A stretch of 64,000 nt of DNA, taken from Iphione sp. A-MEVVRFRX5 (Eukaryota). The position numbers were made by a program, and so were the translations under genes. Positions 24,995 through 37,100 of the stretch are shown here, one piece after another. The first letter of the stretch is position 1. The number at the start of each line of letters is the position of its first letter. The stretch spans positions 71,796,001 to 71,860,000 of the forward strand of contig OZ320313.1 of the NCBI GenBank assembly GCA_976226885.1, in the 5' to 3' direction. Below the pieces are notes generated by a model. It saw nothing but the letters and a program-made list of their open reading frames with translations. It searched no databases and was not told the DNA's origin.

Positions 24995-27270
24995 CAAGAT
25001 TTTCCAAGTACTATACATTGTATTAACAATACGGTTTTCCCTCAAGCAGTATGTTCCGATTCACTGTGCATAGAATAAAAATGGGAAAGAGGGCAACAGA
25101 AATGACACTGCGTCGACAGACTCTAAGCTGCTAGCTGTGGTGATCCATACTTTCAGGATAGCGATGCCGCAATGATCATTAAAAAGACGGCTTGACAGGC
25201 AATTTCTCCACATCCATATTTTTTCTAACGAACATTGAACGCAATATTTTTACAGAGCACACTGTGGTAAGTTTCAGGGAAAAACTGCCTGACAGGCTAA
25301 TCTATGGATAGAGTAGGCGGTCTCCACGGCTGTCAGTAAACAAGTCGACAGACAGGCACCTCATGGGAACACTGCTCTTACTGGCTCATGACTGGCTCGT
25401 CCGGACTACTGCGGAGCATATTGTGTGTGATTGTGTGTGTGTTTCTCGTTTTTAAGTCGCGTGCCTGTTCGAAGGTGACGTGCAGAAATCTGCCCAACAC
25501 CTTGCTCTTAGGTATGCCAGAGCATAACACTTTCATTGTCAACTGCATTCTTATTGAACGACTGAACTCTATCTACACTTTGTAGTATCGTTGTTCTTTG
25601 TATTTTCCACACTATGAGAGAAAACCTTTGTAGTATTGCAGAATTCCGAAATACAACTGCACCAATAACTTTATCCAAGTAGCGTACATGAGTATACAGT
25701 GGTGAAGCTTTCGCGATTGCCATAGGTGCACATGTACATGTATGTACATTAATAGAACCTGGTTGTTCTTAGTAGGGAGGAGAACTAGCCACGTCCCACC
25801 CATAAATACATGTACATTTACATAGAGACTCACCAGGTACATGTATACGTCGTCGCTGAACGTGACACAAACCTCGTGTGAAAAAACAACAGCAACTAGT
25901 GGCACACAATAGGGTCTGCTTAGTAAGATCCTCCCCGAAAAAAACTAAACAAGTGTTCTTAAAAACAGCGCATATTTTTTAATGCCATGCAATGATATAA
26001 TGAACAAACAATCCCGTCAAGATTACGCTTGTCTGTTTTTCAGCCTTTCTTTTTATTATGCTTCTTTTATTTGTTTTCCCCCATACGAAAACGACCGTAA
26101 GACAATGGCCAAGCAATCACACTCGGGCTGCTTGGGCTTGGACTTCTGAGTGTTGACTTAACCTGAAAAACGCCGACAAGCAAACAAATATAAAATGTGA
26201 TAAGACCGTTGATCTGTCTCTCTGTCATCTCTCCGTTACTCAAGTGTCTCGGTCATAACCTTTCTCTCCTTGATCGATCTCCTGAGCCATCTAGGCGATA
26301 AATCTTTACCAAAACATAAAATGTCTGGGTTTATTTCAGGACAGTTTGATGATCTGCCTTAAAATCTACCCTTTCACTTATTTCAAGCAGCCAGCAAATC
26401 TGTCAGCGCCCGTCTCATGAATGCAGCAGTGACTCACTGAAGAAGCTTGGGCAAGGAAAGTACTTAACAGAAGCCATAGCTGTGCAAGGAAAACAATGTG
26501 GTTCATCCTACATGGAAGTGTCATTGTCTTTCCACCACTGGATACCGGTGGAGTAGATGATCGATCAATATGGGCACACTTGGCCCTTCTTGACCATATG
26601 CAAGCTTATCTCCATTTCATAGGAAAATTCGGCCTTTACATTTAAAAAGGTAGCATTCACATTCCTCCTTCTGTCACCAGTGCACCAGCTATACATTTAT
26701 GTTAATTGTACATGACATGGTAATCTTGACTGTAAAGCTAAAAAAAACTACTGATTTCTTCTAAGTGTTAAAGTGGACTCGTGCACAAGATAAACGACGC
26801 TAGCCTGGGAGAAAGGACAGTGTTTCATAAGAGGGCTACATCGGGAGTCTGGGTGTGAGGCATTGGCAGGTGTTCTTTAGTTGGTATGTATTGATCACGA
26901 GAAAAGGTTTGGCTCGAGGGATTGGGAGCTCAATTGGCTGGCTGTGTGTTCTACTCAGAGGTCCGAAAGGGAGCGGATGTTATTTATTGTTAGGCTTGGG
27001 CGTGTATATAGAAGGAAACAGTTCTTTACGGTGTGGATATAATGACTATAAGGTGCCCTGATAGCCATAGGACCAGACCTGAACCCTTGCAGTCCTGTTT
27101 ACTCACAGTGGCGAAGGTACTGGGGTTAACTATTCTTCAACGATAGATCCCTAAATCAAAGTGTTTTCTTTTCATTCCTAACGAAATAATCTTCTTGTGA
27201 TATTAAAAAGCACAAATTTGATCAATAAGTGTGCCCAGGGGAGCTGCCCTTGCGCGCTGATTTGGTGTAC

Positions 27271-27416
27271 CGTCAAGGGAGAGATTCATTCGTAAATATA
27301 ACATACCGACAAAAAAAATTACAACTTGAACGTCATTCACCGTCAAGGGAGAGATTCATTCGTAAATATATGTATAACATACCGACAAAAAAAATTACAG
27401 CTTGAACGTCATTCAC
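27271..27416 (+). repeat. 70 bp tandem duplication
   Basis: cgtcaagggagagattcattcgtaaatata...ttgaacgtcattcac occurs twice. The second copy has a 6 bp insertion (tgtata) and one substitution. Confidence 0.95.
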
Positions 27417-29724
27417 AAAGCCAGCATTCGCCTCATGTGACTCTCATTGCCTCTCTACATAGGTTGACCTCGAATGGACTTTTAACACGCTTCACAAACA
27501 AGAAGAGGATGCGAAGAAGAGATCAGAGACAGCCGGCATTGGATGACCCTACACCACTCCAACGACCACCGACGGGATCAGACTTGTGACCTTGTTGGTA
27601 TCAGTTAAATCAGCGGAAGGAGGATCGCTGCGCGCTAACACTCGGGGTGGTGCGGCCGAGGGCGGACCTATGCCATGGTTTTATCTGTGTGAATCAAACA
27701 GACGTTAGCCAGGTCGTAAGGACGTGGTGGCGGCGACTGCAGCGGCCGGTTAATGGCTGCTGCCCGGATTCAAGCCCTCATGAATGCCTACTCCAGACCA
27801 GCTATTAAACACACTCAGGACACTTATCACAGGCCCTGCTTATACCGGAGGGTAATTTCAGTGCTTGGTCCATCCTCAGCGACCCTTCACTCTTGACAGA
27901 TGGACTAAGGTGGCACCATGCCCGCGAGACTGATATGATAAGAATTTAATACACAAACTCATCGGGCGAATGCACCGTCTACGTTTATACATTCACAGAA
28001 CGCCCTCCTGCTAGAAATGTCAACTGGGGGCGTGTAGAAGCACAACAATTTCAAAACAGGAGAGGAGATGCGGAAATATAAGAGTACGTTTCTTTAAAGA
28101 AGGTGGCCTGTCTTTACCACTGGTAATCAGATGGTACCAACAAACTAACATATCCTTCACTAAAAATTGTTCTCTGCTGCCTGGCAGTCTCTTCACCGCA
28201 AGATTGATTCACGGCAGAAAGATGTTACGAATATCGCTTTTTTTCCCCTAAATATGGTTTCAAAGCATTACGCTAGGTGTCAGGCCCCAGAACTCAATTC
28301 AGATCGAGGGTTGTTTAACGAGGGACTAGATCGACACTGTACGTAATATCTTACATTTAAACTCCAATCGCTCATTTCTCACGTGGGAATTAAAATTTAT
28401 AACAAAAAAAAGACAAGCTAGCACCTTGGGAAACCGCTTAACAAACCCCTTTGAAAGACTTCTACTGAAATCATCGTTTACTGGGGATGTCATGCATACA
28501 GACTCATCGTATCACAATATCGTGTAAATAATGATATTTAAAACATAATTTGACCTAATATTGATCGGTACCATTGCTTCCCCGACAGCAATGAGCCAGA
28601 ATAACAACAATGATAAATGCGTTTAATTTCTGTGGTTCATATGATCCAGAATTCTCTGTTCAGTGTGCCCTTGATTAATTTCAACGTATTCGAAATAGGA
28701 AGGCATTGTGTCCAGAAGAAATAGGCGGCGAGTCGGAGGGTCACACTGGAAGATTTTTTAAAAGACAAGCATTTCGGTCTCCCATGATGACAAGTTAGCA
28801 CTACCATCTCTTTAAAAAAAAGAAAAGAAAAATCATACGCGGGTTGAAAGTGTAGTTCTTATTTTCCCAAATTATCTAACACTCTGACTGACAGCATAGC
28901 GCATCCTTCTGAACATTGTGTATACGCAGCTTATGATACGACTTGTTTTACTGCCATACACTATCGGATTTTAGAGAATTCCCTGGTATTTCGAGATAGA
29001 AAACTGTTCTACTCGAGCGACTATTTTACGCCCGCAAACAAAGTAGGCCATATGCTCGATCTAAATCTGGCAGGATTGATAAATACGCGGCTGCACGGCC
29101 CTACAGGCGACTTTCGTTTCGTTAGAAAGCCAAATGACGACACTATGGCAACCGAACGTCTAAAATCTGACCTTTTCCGGGCGGCCTGAGTCCCTAGGTC
29201 ATCTGGCACAACGGCGCGGCCTGGGAGAGTTTAGAAGGCAGAGAAAAAGCTCTAAAAGACTAGGGAGGTGACGGAGCAGCGGCTCGTGCAAACAGTCATT
29301 AATCAGGGGTCCACTGCTGTGTGCAGAGCTCAGGGACGCCCTGGCCGTCCGGGAAAAGATCTGACAGTTCATAGGCTTAAGCCGCAGGGACAACGGCAGA
29401 AGGTCTGCCCCGATAGAGAGGGTCTCCGGGGAAGCCACAATGGAAGCCAGATCAGAAGCCACGGGAGATCCAATATGGACGCCAACCTCAAACCACTATA
29501 TTTAAAGGTTCATAAAGTCAAGGAATGGCACTATTCCTTAGAGCCGCTACAGCAGCAACGCACGACGCGTGATATAATATGAGGAAACCTCTCAAAGGTT
29601 ACAGTATAATAATATAGAAACGGTATTGAAGTCTGAACTAATATTAGTTTTACAAGTCATATAAGGTCTCCGGAATAATTAAAGCTTTTGGTATATAAAA
29701 GTCATATCTAATCCAAGATCTACG

Positions 29725-30058
29725 ACCCTCTCCATTTACAATGCACAATAATAGCATCATGATAGGCGAAAAGCTCTCGCTTCTAAAGGTAACATTTAAT
29801 ATTGAAAGAGTAAAGCTATAAGGGCACCAGTGTTTCAACCCTCTCCATTTACAATGCACAATGATAGCATCATGATAAGCAAAAAGCATTAACTCCACAT
29901 AATAATCAATACAGATAATTTGTTTGACTCCAAAGTATGTTTTAACATTAAAAAGATGCATTGGAGAAAGGACATTAAGAGAAAAGCCATGTCTCTCGCT
30001 CCTGAGAGGTAACATTTAGTATTGAAAGAGTAGAGCTATAAGGGCACCAGTGTTTCAA
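29725..30058 (+). repeat. Interleaved local duplication A-B-A'-spacer-B'
   Basis: A (accctctccatttacaatgcacaat...catgata) at 29725 and 29838. B (ctctcgct...aggtaacattta.tattgaaagagta.agctataagggcaccagtgtttcaa) at 29774 and 29993. Confidence 0.9.
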
Positions 30059-32251
30059 TGATATCACATCAGGGCCAAAACTCAACTCCATGAGAAGCCA
30101 CACAAATCAAGCCACTGCAAGGTTTCCATTGATTTCAACATTCAAATTTATTTTGAATGACATCCAAGGGAAATCGATGCACTTGCAACTTGGGTGTATT
30201 TATGCACGTAAGATAACAGCGGGAAAATCGTTAGCCTCCAGCAGGATGTCCTAGCGACAGGTCAAAATGCTCGTTTGAGCATTCACGCATGACGGTAAAG
30301 GGTATCGGCGTGATGACATAAATATAAGAGAGAACAGATTTTAACAGTATATCAAAATTAGCCTCATGCCATTTTAGAGTGGCTCGCTAGGACTGTGACT
30401 GTGACTCACTCTTAGATACCGCTAGGCCAGGGCAGTCGGACCGGCCCGACGTGCACCCTACTGTAAATGTTTCTCCTCTTAACTGGCGTCCACTCATCAT
30501 GCTTAACAAGCTGACCTTTTGAAGGTCAGAAATAGATCCATATCAAAAGGAACCGGCCATCAATTACTCGGATGAAGGATATTGATTTTAAAGTCAAGGC
30601 TGAGCACAAAATTAGAGACGTTGAAAGGACATTCAAAGACGAACCCCTGAATGACACAGATCTCTGCAGCGTACATTAAATATTCCATACCATTTCGTTT
30701 GGTTTGATTATTATTAAGATTTGGTGCGGAATTTGAAAAGTAAAGTTTCCAATGTGTGACGCGTATGACATTACTTACATGGTACCTTCGCCAGACTCTC
30801 CGCAGTCTCATCAGTAGAAGCCATTTTTAATCACTAACCTACGCCTCAAACGTCAGGGATCCAATGTATCAAGCAGGTTTCATCTTAGAAGGGAGCACTT
30901 AGGGGTCAAGTCAGTTCCATCAATCATTAATAACATCCTGACATGAAAGCCACGCTACACCAGCTCCATACAACCTGAAACGATGGCGACTCTGGACGAT
31001 TCCCACCCTACTCCTGTGTTCCTTGATATGATTTTTAGCTGGAGGCACACTGGGCCACTTCAGAATCCAAATGAAGCGGGAACGATTAGGCTATCTATCA
31101 TTTGAGTTTTTTTACTGTTGATTATTTTTCCAAACCTTTATGTTTTATCTTCCTGAAAAGGAAAACAGTAAATACTATTCAGTTACGTGAATCTCTAGGG
31201 AAACCATTACGAACTCTCCACGGCCAAATTAAATGTGACTAGAGGAACTGGCTCATGTTCAACGTGTAATATGATAATAGAGCACGGGTGTCGCTTGCAA
31301 TAACAAATGTTTATCTGGGTACGTGCTCCCTCTTGGTGTTATCCCTTAGCACAACTTTCTTTTTGAGGATTCTATTGAGCTAACGTCCATGTCGTGGAAA
31401 TCATATAATTTTAACTCCCTTCTGCCACGAGGATTTTCTTTTCCGCGTTCCGGAACCAATGAAAACTTCAACGCACGACTGAAACTCGCATAAAATATTT
31501 TGCTAGAATAGGCTAGAAACCAACTATTTGGGGACGCTTGTCTTATTCTCTTTTAATAAAGCTAAACAGGCCGTTAGACTCTTCAAAGGATCCGAATGAC
31601 ACAGGAAAAAATGTACGGTTAACCACAAGGCAAAGAAGGAAACCGGCAAAAATAAAGGTGACGCAGCAGGTGAGGAAGCTTTCTTTATAACGCGGGGCCC
31701 GCGATCTGATGTGCCGACTCACACTATACTAACCGTAGGGCTTCAGAAATAGGGCAAATGTTGATTTTTTTCTTGTAACACTTGAATTGACCACTCGGCG
31801 CCTGTCTCTGAAGTACATGTACATGGCTATGCTGGCAAACGGGGCCCTTATCGTGTTACTCGGAGGTGCAAAGCTGCTCGTAAACCAGTTTTATCACCTA
31901 TCTACAAAATGCAGCAATATTTCAGCGCCCTTCATGCAGCATCACTGCAGCCATCGCCAGTGACCTGGCCGTGCGTTCCATCTCCGGGCTGCCCCAGGGT
32001 TGCTTTACCAATGGCCCGCCGTGGTCGTTTAAGGAAACTACTCAACGCCCGAAAACCACCAAAGAAGACCCGGGGGAGATGTATATCCCGTATTTAGTCG
32101 CTATCATCGCAGTCCGCGTGCTAAAAACCGCTTGCTTTATGATTTTCGCCAACGTTTATGCTGAAAACGGGGACGTTTGAACAAGTTTTGGGCGTAGGCC
32201 TACTGCCCTCGATATGCCACACGGAGAAGACTCCCTTCTAATCCCAAGGCT

Positions 32252-32284
32252 GGGCGGGGGGGGGGGGCGGGGGGCGGGGGGCGG
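32252..32284 (+). other. G-rich tract (GGGGCGGG boxes), G-quadruplex-capable
   Basis: Nearly pure G run interrupted by single Cs. Confidence 0.6.
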
Positions 32285-32748
32285 TTACCCAGAATCTCCA
32301 ACGGCCCACTTGTCTGGACACACGTACTAGAATGTCTTATTGTATTAAAGATCTACCCTCCGTGGCTACTGACGGTAGAGGTCAGGCGACAATCTGTCGA
32401 ATTTCAAAAGTACATGTACATGTAATACATACAGCTCTCGCCTTTTGCACCGGTTATTGGATTTTCACTTTCACCATTGTGAGGACCAGTTTCAATACTT
32501 GGGTATGTGTGTCTGGTGCATTTTTAACCAGAATATGATAATGAATAGGATTGTTCCAATACATGCGTTGCGTTGGTGCATTCCAGTGAACATGCCTGAC
32601 AGTGCTTGGTGCACTGTTGGTTTTACAAGCACTGCCCCTTAATTTCGCACAATTGCAACGACAGGGCATGGAAATATGACTGAGAACAAGGTAAACGTAA
32701 ATGTTTGTATATATAAAATGAGCTCAATGTAAATTACTGTTTGCAGAA

Positions 32749-32850
32749 AAAATGCGCAATTTCCACAGTTATGGCTTACTTTCATCAAATTTTCATCAGA
32801 AAATGCGCAATTTCTACAGTTATGGCTCATTTTCATCAAATGTTAAAAAA
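32749..32850 (+). repeat. 51 bp tandem repeat, ~2 copies
   Basis: aaaatgcgcaatttc(c/t)acagttatggct..ttttcatcaaat starts at 32749 and again at 32800. Confidence 0.9.
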
Positions 32851-33939
32851 ATCCCCAAATTCATGGCTCACTTTTATTATTCTTTATGCAAAAATACAAA
32901 TGATACACAACTCTTTTATGGAATACATTGACACAATATGTTCATGCAAAGTATGACTCGACTCAACCCCCCCCCCATATCAACATTAGGGACAAGGTGT
33001 CACCATGGCCAAACGACCCTTAAATAAGCAATGCAGTATCAACTGACGGTATCGTCTGACCAGGATAATACTGTATGTCCTAATGAAAACAGGCAGAATA
33101 AAGCTTCCTCCTCCATTCTCTCACAACATGTGTGGTCCAAGCCCATTATGGAAACTTGCCTATTGTCAACCCAATAGAGTCTGTTACATCTACCGTATCA
33201 CATGTATCTGCTAATGCTGCCACTGGGCGACCTTACCATTCGAATCGGTAGAACCAAACGAACCTTTCTTCAATAAAATAGGGAGACCTCTGTGTTGGCG
33301 CTTGAAACGTTACACTCTTAATTTGAAACGTCATATCATTCCCCTCTGTGGCCGTAAATTAGTTCTTTTGTGGCAGCTGAAGAAGTGTAGCAGTACCATC
33401 AGTGGGTGAAAATGACCTATGCGTAATGAAATACGAGACGACTCATCGCCCGCGGCTGGTTCACGATAATAATAAAAACCCGAGAAGGGATGGGAGGTGT
33501 TCGCAGAGATCGTGTATATTTGTGAGAAAGCTACTCACGTGGACCCCTCATTTACAACGGTGAGTTTCAAAACGGATGATATCTTTTATAAATGATCGGA
33601 AGACCGCAGTGAAGAGGACATGCAACACTTCGCAGCCAATCCCCAGGATAGGGACTCACCGGGGGCTGCAGATGTGAGGGTGCGCTGCAGTGAATAAAGA
33701 GAAGCCAAAGGAACTCGCTGGAAGAAAGGAACGGTTTTGATCGTATTGAATGCAGCTGGAGCTTAGAGTAAGAAAGATATCCGCAGATCAGGAGGTTCAG
33801 TGGTCCCCGACCTCTAAACCGGACAATGGGAGGGCATCGTATTGAATGCGGTGTCGAAGTATATGGACGTCTCGGCAGCCGGCCCGGGGCAGATTGCCTA
33901 TATCAGCGCGGGATGGAGAACGTGTAAGAAGTAATGACT

Positions 33940-34145
33940 CCCTGAAGGAAGTGGGCAAGGGACGTGGGCAAAGAGGTAGACGAAAACGGGGGAGAAGAGG
34001 GGATGAATAAGACGGGGGGAAAGACGAAGCACAAGAGGAAACTGAGGACAAAAGGAAGAGACGAGGGAGGGGAGAGAGAAACAAACACATGTATACAGAG
34101 AGAGAAACGGAGACAGAGAAACACACAGAGAATGAGAGTGAGAAT
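33940..34145 (+). repeat. Purine-rich low-complexity tract
   Basis: Almost entirely G/A over ~200 bp; produces low-complexity S/P/L/F ORFs on the minus strand. Confidence 0.85.
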
Positions 34146-37100
34146 GCCCTCTACGGCCGCGGCTCACCCTTATTGTGTTGTTTGCATAGACGGGTTCCAT
34201 TCACTTAATTCCTCTGGTTGCAGCTTCTTCAGTCGGTCCCCTTTCCTGCCCCGTTGTAACGGCTAAGCTTTTCTCCTATTGAGTCGAACACGAACTGAAC
34301 GACCACCAGTATGGCGGTGCGCCCCCTGCTACCATGAAGCAAGCACATGCCATGCGAGGTGGAAGGTAATGGCTTCCTTTTCGCGTGCTTCGCTCGGTAA
34401 TTCAACAATTGCCGTCAAATACCGTCGTACAGTATACTTTATCTACTATTACGGGGAACAGTTTTTTTTTTCACGACTACAAAAAAAATCCCATGCACTG
34501 ACATTTATGAGTGGAAAAATCACCTGAAGCAAGGTTTCGCTTAAAAAGCAAAATAATTTCTCTAAGTTCACGTCCAGCGGAAACAACACGTCAGTGTTTA
34601 ACAGTGGGATGTTTGTGTTGAAAGCGCCGGCAATTCGGCTCTTCATAACCAAGGTCTGGTATAATAAAACCGAACAAAAAAGTACACCTCTTCATACGAA
34701 ACTCCACCTTTGTTATAACCGTCCGTAGAAAGAGCCTACCATCGATCGTCACTGCCATGGATCAATTGTGGCCGTAAGGGATATCTGAAAAGTAAAACAT
34801 ATATAAAAAAAAAATGCTTCCTTCTCTGCGACTGGGATCAGGTTAGACTTCGCCTAGCTAGACTAGGTGCCATAATCACTTTGGTGAAATGTGTTAGCCA
34901 AATGTTATGATGAATGCCAGGTCGGGGAAAAAAGTGAAAATTGTTCAACACCCATACCTCCTCGCGTCCATTGAATTTACCACTAATGATCCCTACACTG
35001 TTGTCTAACGGCGTCTACTGCTCCCTTACAATTGCATAATTAGCACATCACATTCATTTGCACATGTCCCTCATTCGTCTCCCCGTACTGCACGCTCTAC
35101 GAATGACATAACGATCCGTTTCCGCATCTCCGGAGTAGCTCCTCTGACTAGAAGAGCAGCAGCTCAGCCAGCCTTGAGCTTAAGTCTTAGTGAGGGCAAC
35201 GCTAATTGCTCTCTGTCCTACTCATCAAATGCAGATTAGTGAGCCTCGCAGAACTGCAGAGGCAACAGATACGAACGAGTACCAGCAGTAGCGCACGGTT
35301 CCCGAGACGAGAAGAGAACATACTCTTGGCGGGAAGGAAGGCAAGAGGTGTGCGTGGTGTACGTGTGGGCGGTGGTATGTATCATTGGAGGTCAAGCCAG
35401 CATAAGTATCGCGGCTCACATGGGCTGACTGGGAAGGACAGAGGTATGAACAGTAGTCGTGGTCATTTCGCCCCGAGGCGACGATGGCAAATAACGCCCC
35501 CGGAACACATTCATAACTACACCGAGGAATGCTTGATGGTCCTGTGGCTATTGTTCAGTAATGCAAAGGGGGCCGGTTAACGTGACATCAGAGGTGTTTT
35601 TCTCTCCTCATCGACATGGATCCTCCTCCCCTACCGAAGCACTGAGCTCGGTCGAAAAGATGGGTACACTGGTTATGGAGCAATTTCCGGCTGGTGTAGA
35701 AATGTGTGTCTATGTATGTACTAACAAACGCCTCAAACGTATTGCATAGTGATTTCTGGAGGGCGTTTACAGTTATAAATAAAGTTTCCACTGCCATAAT
35801 CCATTATATATCAACATTTCTCCATTTACTGCTAATATTTTATCCACCGCTTTCTCATAAGACACATGCGTACACTCGCCTTCCTGTTGTATTTTGTAAA
35901 CTACGCCATACTAATAATCAAATCGACTGAATGAAGCGTTAAGTTCCTGACAGCAGAACGTCAGTCTCCCAACTTTAAGGCAAAATTGGAAGTCCCAGTC
36001 CCCCCGGTTAGCACTTTTTGTGTATTTGTTGAGTCGAATAGATATCAAGATATCGATAAGCATGCGCCATCTTTCTGACGGCCGAGAGACAGGAGTGTAT
36101 CGACAAAAGCGAGGACGGCCAACATGTCCGATTTTACGGCCAATTTGAGGACCGTAATGAGTTAGAAAGTACTTCTGATAGCTACCAGATAGCAGAGGGG
36201 GAGAGGAAAGAATCCTTAAACTTCCCTTACGAACCCGTGTGAAATTGTTTTGGGGCGGACAATTGTGCTAAAAGATGGACAGGTTGTCAGCTTTTTAACT
36301 AAATGTCTCCCTTTGTGTCCGTGAGATTTCAATGTTCATGTTCTTGGATAAGTATGATAAAGTGTCTCGTTCCAAACATTTCCCGCTCACTAATGAAATG
36401 ATTCTACACAATGGCTAAATTATTTCCACTAGGTGGTTGTTACAAGCTATAAACCTCTCCTCAAATAAACTCTAATTCAGAGTAAGTAGAGTTATTTACC
36501 TTCATGAAAAAGAAATAGACACAATGCACCCAATCGGAGGGTTCACTGGACTTTTTTTTGCGAGTCCCCGGGCAAAACACTCCCTTACAAAGCAGTGAAT
36601 ATCATCTTATACAAGTCACTCCGATGTTCATGTACATTCCTTTTTTTTCATTTCGGATGTACATTCAAGTCATGCCCATTAGAAGCATTTTCCAATTAAA
36701 CGAAACATTTCGCAATTCTACATGCATATTTAGGGCCGTCTTCAACACGAAAAATGAGGTAAACGCACCAGATGACTTAACTAGTTCATCAGCTGATAAG
36801 GCTACATTTCTTAATGCACGTCCCAGCCGTTAATGGTCAACCTTTTTGTTAGTTCACTGTGGTAGTGTAGTGGTATACATGTACATCTGCTTGAATACTT
36901 TGCCGTACTGGTTGGCTCCTAGGTACCCTCCTGTGAATGGTTTGGTGGCAGTAAGGGGCAAGTTCCAATAGCGGCATTTACGCCACTTAGCAATTCCGAT
37001 ATAAGTGTTTAATTCGCGATTTATCTCTATCAGCATCAACCTGTAGTCACATTGCTGCGGTTGGCCCAGGTGTGCGTGAGCCTAGTTTCCAGATCAGTGC

